Source: Catajapyx aquilonaris (Eukaryota). Taken from it: a stretch of 49,462 nucleotides of DNA. The stretch's first letter is position 1. The number at the start of each line of letters is the position of its first letter. The notes below the pieces were generated by a model. It was not told the DNA's origin. It searched no databases and worked only from the letters and a program-made list of their open reading frames with translations. The translations under genes and the position numbers were made by a program. Of the stretch, positions 1-10,116 are shown in pieces. The DNA is taken from contig JYFJ02002899.1 of assembly GCA_000934665.2 (NCBI GenBank), positions 1 to 49,462 on the forward strand. Direction: 5' to 3'.

Positions 1-95
1 GAGCTAACACTTTCACCACTGTGTCTATCGCACATGAATGACCCCTCAAGCCAGTTTCAACCAAATCGGAGGTCCTCGACCCTGACCGTTCCCTT
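1..95 (+). CDS. Candidate upstream coding exon (5'-truncated by the window) of the coiled-coil protein gene
   Basis: Frame 1 is open from base 1 (ELTLSPLCLSHMNDPSSQFQPNRRSSTLTVP) up to a consensus donor GTAAGT at 96-101. The phase-2 end joins in frame to 124. Confidence 0.4.
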
Positions 96-123
96 GTAAG
101 TGTCACAGGTTTCTTGTGTCTAG

Positions 124-555
124 GTCTACCCAAGATAGCCAGTTGGGAAAGAGCGGCGATCCCATTAGTGTAGTTCGGCGCCATTCTGTGGATACTATTT
201 TGAAGGAGAAGCGCATTCTAGAGGAGAACGAGGAGCTGAAAAAGAAGTTAGCTGATTTGAAGACAGAAGTGGCGCTTGCAAAAGATGAGTCAAAAGCTAC
301 AATGAGGCTCACCACAGAAGGCCTGGAAAACCTTAAGAAGGAGTTATTTTTAGAGATGAAGCCGATGGAGGAGATGTTTAATGAGAGCATGGAAAAGATC
401 AGAGCCCTGGAGGAGGCTCTTCAAAAGATGGAGGCTGAGAGAGACATGTTCCGGGATCAAGTGCAGGAGATGGAGTGCAAATATATGACCCCTCCTATGA
501 CCCCATTTGGCAACACATCAACAACGGATAGTGACACTTCCATCTGCAGTACAAG
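124..555 (+). CDS. Internal exon of an unidentified coiled-coil protein gene
   Basis: E/K/L/M-rich heptad-like peptide (LKEKRILEENEELKKKLADLKTEV...). Acceptor tttcttgtgtctAG ends at 123; donor AAG|GTGAGA at 555/556 (phase 2) matches the phase of the exon at 2869/2872. Confidence 0.7.
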
Positions 556-1350
556 GTGAGATATAAGCGCTGGGTAATCGCCAGCAATAAGGTATACTGT
601 ACATAACTTGAGTGTAATAAGACCACTTTAAGGAACCACATTTTTCTTACTTACCTCATGAATTTATTGGATTACTCTGGGGTTTGGAAGTTAGAACCTT
701 CTTCAATGGGGTCCGTAAGCAGTAATGCAAAATAATATTCGTAATGTGAATAGTGAAAATATATTTCCCCAAAATGGGTAAAAAATTCCCTCATAATTTT
801 TGGATTCAGTGTGTGCAATAAGGCCGGTGTATTTTGCCTGTAATCCAAATGGACCCGCCATGCTTAGATTGTCGCCATTAGGCCTAAATGATAATTATCA
901 TTTACAAATAATTCTGGACTGTTGTACTGGGACTGTAAAATATAAAAGCTCACTTAAGTTCACATATTTTACATGTTCATTCGGCACAAAATATATTAAT
1001 AATAATTATGATTATAACACTTTGAGGCCATACGGAATCATTTTGAGTAGCCTATACCATGAGTGTATTGATGCGTTTCTTATGTTCACTGTTACCACAA
1101 TCAAAAGCAAGGATTAAAAGAACTGCAATATTTATTTCAAATATATGTACGAGTTGGGCCACTATACACAGTCATTCCTTTTAATTTCTTCTTTCTTTTC
1201 CTTGATTTTTTCTCTTCTGCATTACACACTGTACACTGGATTCCTGTCAGTTTTCCTTGGCTGTAATTGTAATTGTTCCTGTGATTCTGAGGCACTAATA
1301 TTCATAGCTGATAATACCTTTTACCAATAATTAATAATGGCTATACTATG

Positions 1351-1627
1351 ACCGAAGCAGGTTGGTGTAGTAGATTTGGAGTCCTCCTGCTAATCGGGAG
1401 GTCCTGGGTTCGAATCCCGGGGCCGGCGACCCTGGCCGTCGTTTTCTGTGGTTCATTCCCACGGTCCCCCCTGGATAATTCCGGGGTCGTTTCCTTAAAA
1501 ATAGGCTACAGCCGCTTTCTTCCGTCCCTATCCTTGGCCCCACCCATGCGTGACGAAAGAGTCAGAAAAATCGAAGAAAACTGACGGTGGTATGCCACCC
1601 CCTAAAAGGGCTCCGCCCTATCACGGG

Positions 1628-1684
<57 letters not shown>

Positions 1685-1685
1685 A
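1351..1685 (+). mobile_element. tRNA-derived SINE (family A) with (TAAA)n tail
   Basis: A-box TGGTGTAGTAG, anticodon-loop-like CTGCTAA, B-box GGTTCGAATCC, 3' stem-loop then (TAAA)n. Homologous copies at 21721 and 27426(-). Confidence 0.9.
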
Positions 1686-1832
1686 GAATGGATACTAGGA
1701 AAATTTATCCCATCAATAGGTCCACATACGCATAATAATATTCAATCCATTCAACCTGAGAAATGACATTTACGAGAAAATTGTACTTAAGGATTGTATG
1801 GCCTTTTCATAAGCCTAGACATAATCACAGTA

Positions 1833-2444
1833 CAGTAAAACTTCTATAAGTCGAATCTCCATGGGACCGGAAAAAAACTTCGAGTTATAAAAGATTCGAG
1901 TTAGAGAAGTTTGGCTTTTTTTAAGCACATAACTCTATAAGGAAGCCTATACCTTCATATCCAGCGACTAAAGGTGTTCAAAACTTAAAAATAACTGTCA
2001 CTATCACACTCACATTGTTCCTCGTTGTTGTGTTGTAAAAAAAAATCTCCGTTATGGACATTGGCCTACTCTTAGATTCAAGGATTCAATTGTCACAAAA
2101 CTCACAATCAAGCCAAACACTTCTTTCGGTACGTCTGGTATAGACGGAGATCAGGAATTTGAGCCTTTTTGTACACGTGGCCTACTCTCGACAATTCGCC
2201 TGGGAAATGAGAAAATTCCGTACTCGGCAACATGAACTTGGACTTAGGGAGACTGAAAATGCATTGATATCCCATCTTAAGGCCCTGCCATCACTTCCAG
2301 TTATGGAGAACTTCGAGTTAGGGAAGTTTATTTCCAATTATTTTACATTATGACCAACCAAGCTCATCATTTTCTTCGACTTATAGAGAACTTCGAATGA
2401 GGGAAGTTCGACTGAGGGAAGTTCGACTTATAGAAGTTTTACTG
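1833..2444. mobile_element. Tigger/pogo-like MITE
   Basis: TIR CAGTAAAACTTCTATAAGTCGAA / TTCGACTTATAGAAGTTTTACTG; TA on the left, CA on the right; subterminal TTCGAGTTA repeats. Confidence 0.85.
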
Positions 2445-2868
2445 CATATCCTCAATATTATACAAAAATAATAATAACCTGCCAAACCTTCAAGCATTTT
2501 CAGTGCCACTCCCATGAACGGCATTATTTGCGCATGAACATAGCATAGCCTATATTATGATTATGGTATTTTATTTCACCTTGGTTTATTTTTATCTTAT
2601 TTTATAACATTCTACCCAGTACAAGAGGCAATACCTCAAGGTATCACAACTTCCGATATTTTTCCAGTTGCCCAGGGCACTAGACTCACTAGAGGGACCA
2701 AAATACACCAAAATTGGGGTCAATTACGAAAGATAATCATAACTTCCTAAACCGTATTGGAAAATATTGGAGGTAGGCAAGAAACGGAGAAGTGACCTTG
2801 TTATACTCATGGCCTTGTCACCATAGGACACGCGAATAATTTCACATTTATCATATTACATTGTCCAG

Positions 2869-3151
2869 CAGGTCCAACACAGCAAACTCCAAAAGGATAC
2901 CAAGTCCGAGTGTTACCCTCACTCCTCTGTCGGAGTACTCTCAAGGAAAGACCCCAGAAAAAGTGACCAGGTCAAGAAAGTTACCATCTCGCAACTCATC
3001 AGTGTCGGTTGCATCCACGCAGGTGTCTCAGGAAGAGAAATCAGCATCAGACATGCGGGACTTCACTGGGAAGGTGAAGCCACCTGGTCACTATCCTCGA
3101 GACAACAACAAGAAAATAGTGGCATTTACGCCAAAGGGTCGTAAGAAGTAA
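2869..3151 (+). CDS. Probable terminal coding exon of the coiled-coil protein gene (Ser/Lys-rich tail)
   Basis: Tandem acceptor tcCAG CAG (exon start 2869 or 2872), both in frame with the phase-2 donor at 555. Open to TAA at 3149-3151. Confidence 0.65.
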
Positions 3152-5286
3152 CCTACCAAATCTCATGCAGACTGCATGTTTGTATTGAGTACTGATATAC
3201 CAGTAGTGGAAGTATCTGTTTTAATACAAGCCGATGAGACTGAACCAAATGCGATTTCTTTTCATGCAGGGGACTACAAAAAGTATGCTTCCTGCAGCTT
3301 CACATCGTTACATGCAACATAATGACTTATTGTTTAAAAACAAACAAACGAATAACTAAGAGACAAAGATGTCAGATTGATGGTGTCTTGACCTGATGTC
3401 AGTAGCATAGCATGTATATACCCCAGGTGCAAAGCACAGTGACGTGACAGAGGCAACATGCTGTTATGCATACCAACATATTTTATGTTCTTGAAAGCAT
3501 TTAGTGTTTTAGGCAATAACAAGTAACGTAATATTATTGCATTCTCTAACATTAGTGATTTAACAGAAAATGAGGGGAGCCTTAATATTGATTATTTAGG
3601 ATATTGACATTGCAACATAGCCTATACATTTCTATATACATGTGGCAGGAGAATTATCCACTCATATATCGGCAGTCAGCGAAAGTCACGGATAACCCAA
3701 AGTTTCATTTTTGACATCATCATAGAATGATTTAAAATTTTAGATAATCACAATTTGATAAATGCAGTCTGGTACGTGGAAGGCTGTGACAGTGAGCATT
3801 TGTTGTATGTTGCCCTATGTTGCAGCTGGGAGCCATGTCATACAAAATATCCTCCTTACAATGCATCGCTGCCAATATATTATTGACTGACAAGGGCCAC
3901 GTATAATAATCACCCAGAATAGGGGATGAAGCTTCATACATGGCACCAGGTTACAATGGAGAGTTATGCATGCACCCTAAGATAAAATGTGCCATATTTA
4001 TTGCTATTCTCTGGCTTGACATAAAGCCTGCCAATTATTACTGCTATCCCACCCAAGGAACATAAACCTGGGTCGCAAGAGATGGGTGCGGCGCCTGCTG
4101 CCTGTGACCTTCATCCTTACCAATTTTGGAGATAGGGATTTACCCCTCAAGATGGCAGATTTAAAAACTAGTGGCCAAGGTATAGTGATAAGCAGTTACT
4201 GAGGAAGGGAGTCAAGGGACAGACTTAGAATAGGGAGGGTCCTAAGACCATGTTGCAAAGAGAGGACTTAAATGGCATGTTGGCAGTGCCCCCCCCCCCC
4301 ACCCTTTGGAACCTTCCAACTAGCTTCCAAGTGCACATCATATCATCAATATGCCATGAGCAGCAGCAGTGCCTGAGGCTGCTTCTCACTTGACAACTGT
4401 GCATATAATTGTGTGCAAAATCCCCAGCAATATTAATCATCTTATGAATGACTTAATCAAAATGGCCTGGCACAGTACAACCACGTAAGACTAAGTAATG
4501 AAAGTGACAATAAACCAACCATTTACCAGAAAAGGAAAGAAGCTCCAACCACTGAAAGAGTGGGCTACTGCTTATGATTCCCCCAACATTTGGTGCTTAA
4601 GGGTTGCCCCGAATAATGTTGTAAGTGATTATTGTAACCCATGTCGCTTACAACATTATGAACTCCTCCCATACTACTCTTGCTAAAGGAAATGCCGAGC
4701 TCTTAGAGCAGTCCAACAGAATGTGATTCATAAAGCATTTCATGTCAACCATTATTATTGGTTCATTGGTATTTTGCAGTGTAGGCCTACTTGGACCTGC
4801 AATATTCATGGCTCCATGTAGCCTACAGCAAGTTCTAATTGAGGTGCCCATTTCATTAATTTCTTGCACTGAGATATCATTAGTTCCTGTAAAAAAATAT
4901 GAGTTCCATACTAATATTTTTCACAGATAATTACTAATGGTATACTAGTAGCTTTAGTGCAAAAAATGATAAAAGGGACACATTTACAGATTATTATATT
5001 ACATATTACATTAACTTACCCACTATGACTATATACATGTATAATAATGGTATAATATCTACTACATTCTTCTCTAACACTGTCTGCTTGATCCCTTCAA
5101 CCTTTGGGGGTATTTGCACCAGGTGACCCCCCGGTGACCCAGTCATCTGCCATGGCATAACATTCATGACAAAAACTGCACCAGAAGTACAGGTGGTGGT
5201 CACAGGGCAAATGTGGGACTAGATTTTCACCTCTCTTGTCCCAACCAGACCTGCTTTGCTTCATGGGGAATTGTCCCATGAAAATA

Positions 5287-5590
5287 CGAGGGCGAATCAT
5301 TGAAGACTTTTTAATTAAGAAGTTTCACTATAGAGAAACTGAACCTGAGATATCAGTACGCATATGAAAGGGCAAGTCTTCCTATATTTTTAGGCATAAT
5401 CACCGTACACTTTGGTGCATTTGTCCCAGCGGGACACTACTGTAGTTTTTCTATACCCATGCAGAAGAACGTGTCAGGCTGGGTGGGAAGCCAGAGGGGG
5501 ATGATCTCTTTCAATTCCTCGATGTCGCTGAATAAGTTCGGATCTGACAGGTGCTTCTTCATTGCCATTATTGGTCCAAAGAGATATGGT
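5287..5590 (-). pseudogene. mariner transposase C-terminal relic with its terminal repeat
   Basis: Minus-strand translation YLFGP..MKKHL...WLPTQPDTFFCMGIEKL/VSRWDKCTKVYGDYA matches the mariner C-terminus. TA+CGAGGG mariner-type end at 5285. Confidence 0.8.
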
Positions 5591-5645
5591 TTTTACCATG
5601 GTCAACCATCTCTGTGGACCAATGAAGAAGCACCTGCTCCTGTGA

Positions 5646-5835
5646 TGCATAGGTAGCCCACCCCAATGGATGAAAAACGCACGTAAAGTGACCTGCTCAT
5701 AATGACCCTGTGACACCTATTTTGGGGGGCACAGGTCAAGTTATGAAACGGCGTAGTTTCCAACAGATTTTCTTCAAATTTGGTGCATATGTAGCCCACT
5801 CCAATGGATGAAAAACGCACCTGCTCATAACGATC
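5646..5835. repeat. Imperfect direct repeat (two ~50-60 bp copies)
   Basis: TGCATA(G/T)GTAGCCCAC(C/T)CCAATGGATGAAAAACGCAC...CTGCTCATAA at 5646 and 5784. Confidence 0.8.
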
Positions 5836-6571
5836 TCGTCCTTGGGCCACATGAGGCCTTTCAGATTCCAGCCAATCGGAGTCTACTGGTTCAGAATTGC
5901 CCCGCTAGGTAAGGCGCCACCTGTACTGGCACATGACTCTAGCGCCGACCGTGGCCAACCCCCCTCGGTGGGAGAGAATAGCCAAGCTCACTCGGAAAGA
6001 GGGTGAGTGACTGGGGGCTGTGCTGGGCAGATGATGTCATTTAAGTTAATCTGGTTTATTAATGCAAGATTTTGTAGTCCCAAATTCGCGATTTATTTTT
6101 ACGGGGAGAAAATTTATAAAGCCACACAGAAACCACGTTACATAGTGGAAAAACGCTATAGTCTCGCCAGTAGATTTTTTTTTTTAAAGCCAGCGTATCA
6201 GCGTATGATACGCCCGTCTTATTAGAGGTATACATATACACCCTAGTTGAACTTTGATTGTGCCATTGGTCTCTCACACCTCAGACCTCACCTACTCTCT
6301 GTTGCTCTTTAGCTAGAGTGGTTACTTCTCGTATTAAAGCAACGCACGAGGAAACAATTAATTATGTGCTGTTATAAGTTCATGCCGGTTCATTCCCTGT
6401 TCAGGTCATACGAAGGTTCGAATGTCCCGCGACCACCAGTGTATTTTTTACGTCATCAGTCGAGAACTTAACTTTATGGATTTATAAACTCCATGTAGGT
6501 AGGCAAAGTAAGGGTAAATGGCAAGTGAAATTTTGCAATTTGCATTGGCAACAGCAATGGGCGACAGGTGT

Positions 6572-7053
6572 CAGAGTTGCCAACCTGTACGGTAATTGTG
6601 GGGGCATACGGTAATTTATGCGCCTGTACGGTATACGGTAATGACATGTACAGTATAAGGTAAAATCGCTTTTGTGTACACAAAATAAAATAAAATAAAA
6701 ATAAAATTATATCCGACGTGCTTACAGTACAGGAGTACGCTGTTCTCTGCCAGTTAGGCCTACATTCACCTGAGCTTGTGCGACTTTGAACCAAAATAAT
6801 TTTCGCCTGCGGCGGGCTCTTCCCCGCTATATGCTCGCTTTACCTTTTGCGGCCCCTTTTGCAGCGGATTGCACATGCATTTTGTGCGGTTCTGACAATT
6901 CCTTAGACATATTTACCTGTACCTAATATTGTCCCCTAATGTTTCATTCACAAAATGCTATGTGTTAAAATGTACGGTATTTTTAGGCGAAATCCGGTAT
7001 TTTTGACTCTCGTCGTGGTACGGTTGTTTCTACTTGTCAGGTTGGCAACGCTG
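6572..7053. mobile_element. hAT-like MITE
   Basis: TIR CAGAGTTGCCAACCTG / CAGGTTGGCAACGCTG and internal TACGG repeats; no clear TSD left. Confidence 0.65.
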
Positions 7054-7662
7054 ACCCTTTCCCAAGATGGAAGACACATTAGCCGGTGAGATGTGTTCAG
7101 GTCTCCCTTAATTGCCGGCTGGGTATACTGCCCTCGGGTCCGTCCCGGGCCAAACTCGACCTGATAATATTTAACGTTGAGGGCCACGCTGAGCAAGCCA
7201 ACCTGATCGCCCAAACCAGCACTAGACGCCATCTCCACCGGTAGCACCTTTGGGTAGCACACTCACCATCAGTCACTATCTACCCAGTGCACGCAAGCTA
7301 ATAGCCAGGTAACTTATGGCCCAAGAATGATCAGGAGCATTACTTTTATTTTTATCACTTACTGTTAGAATGTTCAATTTTTTATTTGGCTAGACAGGTT
7401 TATTTTACAAACATAATGTGAGGAGATACTTTCTCAGACAAAATAGTGGATTCATAATATACCTAAGATGTCTAAAGGGTTGCGTAACAGTTAGCCTGGT
7501 TGCAGGGTGGCATTGGGGTTTCCAGTACATTTTCTCGTGACACCATCCCAGCTTATGGAAGTTTCTAGAAAACTTGAAGAAAGAACAAAAAATGACAGAC
7601 TTAAAACTTGCTCACAGAAATGCTGGGAAACCTGTCTACATCAAGTGGTGCAAATACTGGTG

Positions 7663-8647
7663 CAGGGTGTCCCTAAATGATTGTCAACTTTTGAAAGTTG
7701 CTTAATTTCTATTAGTTGCAGTGTGCAATGACAAGACAGACATAGAACGAAGGAGCACATTTTGAAGTTTTATTGCACACACTACAAGAGGGGTATAGAA
7801 TCAAAAGGTACCACGTAACATTTTGCATGTTTCGAGATAAATGAGGAAAACGTGTAGCATGCTCCCACATGGTACCTTCTGATCCCAACCTCCAACTTTT
7901 CCCCCTTTTTTCAATGGCACATGGTCACATATAGAAAATCAGTTTGTTGCCACGTGGTACGTCTTGATTCCAACTAGGCGATGCCGTCCTTAACTCAGTT
8001 TCTGAAATTTTGCCACGTGGTACCTTTCTCAAGTGCTCAATATGAGCACCTTTCGTCACACGACACACATCAAGACGATCGTCCAATTCTCTCCACACCC
8101 TGGCCAGCATGTCTGGTGTGATTGATTCCACAGCAGCAACAATCCTGCGTTTCAACTCACACAGGCTGGTAGGTAGCCACGGTACGAAGACCTGGTCCTT
8201 TACATACCACCAGAGGAAAAAGTCACCAGGGGTGAGGTCGGGAGACCTTGGAGGCCACTGGAGAAAAACCAGATCTTTCTGACCGGCACGTCCCATCCAC
8301 CGATCCTTGCCCTTGCAAAGGCATCCTGTCGTCTGAAACTTCTGGAACCACCGTTGAATTAATTGTAGGGAGGGGCGTAACGTCCTCCGTATTGTCGCAG
8401 AAGGCCTGCTGAACAGTAACTACCGAACCAAGCGTTGCAAACTGCAGGACACAGAACGCTTTCTGTTCGGGAGACACCATTTTGTGGAGTGGCCCTGTGT
8501 TGCTTGCGGCAAAGTGCGGAAGCAACTTTTCAGTGTGCAATAAAAACTTCAAAATGTGCTCTTTCGTTCTATGTCTGTATTGTCATTGCACACCACAACT
8601 AATAGAAATTAAGCAACTTTCAAAAGTTGACAATCATTTAGGGACAC
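7663..8647 (-). mobile_element. Internally deleted Tc1/mariner-superfamily element
   Basis: ~115-bp TIRs beginning CAGGGTGTCCCTAAATGATTGTC. Minus-strand remnants MVSPEQKAFCVLQF (N-terminal HTH) and WPPRSPDLTPGDFFLW...RLDVCRVTKGAHIEHL. Confidence 0.92.
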
Positions 8648-9275
8648 ATTTAGGCTAATGAAGGAACATGTGAAGAAGAGTAATGGAGGAGTATGGAAAT
8701 AGCACTACTTACTTGTGGGCTATTGCACATATGATAACGTAAATGCTGAAGTGTGGACATACTGGGTGTAACAAAAGTTTATGGCCCAGTCAATATTATA
8801 CAAGTTGAATTTCTGAGTTATTTTTTAAATTTACCCGCATCTTTTCTGTTGCTATTGTACTACCGTAACCTCCAGAATGTGCTGTCACCCGTGTGACACA
8901 TTTTCCCGTCCATTTCCTCACTGTCCTGCTTTTGTGCTTGAGTGAGAGGTGTGCAATGCAAGTGTTGTCTGTCAAGAAGCTCCCTAGCCATATATCGCTT
9001 TGTTCTCGATACCTGATAAAATGGCCGAAGGTGATTAAGGCATTGTTCTCTTAAGTGTTAATGGTAGATTTGAGGTGTGTCACAAAGTCATAAAGAAGCC
9101 TTTTAATACACTGGAACATGGATGTTTACCCTCTAACAAAAGTTACTGGCCCAGGCAGAAACTTTTGTTACACTGGATAAATGACAAATGAAAAATGTGG
9201 TAACTACAGTAATATCAGTCCAATGCAGCAGTACTTTTCTCACAATTGAAAGCACATCAGCAACAAGATCCAAGC

Positions 9276-9587
9276 CATGGCCTTAGAATGCTAAGGTTTG
9301 GTCACTCCCTCATTTCGCCTGACGGGGCGTTTTGTGGGAGATGCTCACTTGAGAGCGCCTGTCAGATCTGAAAATACATGTGGCGACCCTACCGGACTGC
9401 GCTGGACTTAGGCAGAGTATGAGATTCTTAATTTTGACCGACGCTTCCCTTCTACCTAAGTCCAGCGCAGTCCGGTAGGGTCTCCACATGTATTTTCAGA
9501 TCTGACAGGCGCTCTCAAGTGAGTGCCTCCCGCAAAACGCCCTGTCAGGGGATAAGAGCTGATGATAGGGGGAGTGTCCGGGAGCTG
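9276..9587. mobile_element. Hairpin element with asymmetric CA...TG ends and 8-bp TSD (copy 1)
   Basis: TSD ATCCAAGC at 9268-9275 and 9588-9595; inverted arms ~9316-9416 / ~9451-9549; homologous to 25308-25657. Confidence 0.85.
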
Positions 9588-9833
9588 ATCCAAGCTCTGT
9601 GGCAATTTGGGCATTCCATTTGAAAAGTATCGAAACTGTCAAAGGTTTTGGTAACTATACTGAGAAGAATGGAAGGGAAACAAGGATGGCGATGTCAGTG
9701 CTGGTCTGTGGACTTACTTTTCTAAGAATGCCCTGTCAGCAATCAAGCCTTTGAGGGGTCCATTGTGTCCTTGGATATCCAGTGCTTTTATGGTCCAAGC
9801 ACGATGCTGTGTCCCCAAACTGCTTGACCCACC

Positions 9834-10093
9834 TCATGATTGTTCATGGTTGAGGGCTTTGTCTGACATCCCAGCCCAAAATGGTGATGAAAGATCCTGT
9901 ATACAGCTATGGGGGGACTCATTATTTTTAAAATAAGTCCCCACGGTGAATGCATGGTGTTCAGCTGACCCCGATGCTAATTTTGCAAATGGCACGTCTT
10001 CCCCTCTCCAGCACATGCTCCTATCCCACGCTTGCGCAAACAGCACCACCGTACCACGTGAATAAATCATGCTATACATTTTGCCCAACCCTG
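9834..10093 (-). pseudogene. Tc1/mariner transposase N-terminal (HTH) relic and 5' end
   Basis: SAEHHAFTVGTYFKNNES resembles the N-terminus of DUF4817-type transposases. TA+CAGGGTTGGGCAAAA end on the minus strand near 10093. Confidence 0.6.
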
Positions 10094-10116
10094 TATACAG
10101 TATACATCTAAATGTT

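Noticed and set aside
103..390. Antisense ORFs overlapping real exons (also 19672-19989)
   Set aside because: Shadow frames of the + strand coding sequences.
1351..1425. tRNA gene calls for SINE heads (also 21721, 24672, 27426, 32885)
   Set aside because: No clean acceptor stems, and each continues into a repeated body and simple-repeat tail, so they are SINEs.
3700..5280. Several Cys/His-rich short ORFs on both strands
   Set aside because: No recognisable domain or consistent splice/phase structure; possibly 3' UTR or decayed repeat.
5860..7320. CpG-rich segments with donor-like sites (6003 +, 7309 +, ATG|GTGAGT near 7266 -) suggesting promoters or first exons
   Set aside because: Cannot be linked to a downstream exon from sequence alone; partly explained by a MITE.
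9559..9640. CTGATGA ... CGAAAC resembling a hammerhead ribozyme core near the hairpin element
   Set aside because: Stem II cannot close (T opposite C), the GAAAC lies outside the TSD-defined element, and copy 2 lacks CTGATGA.
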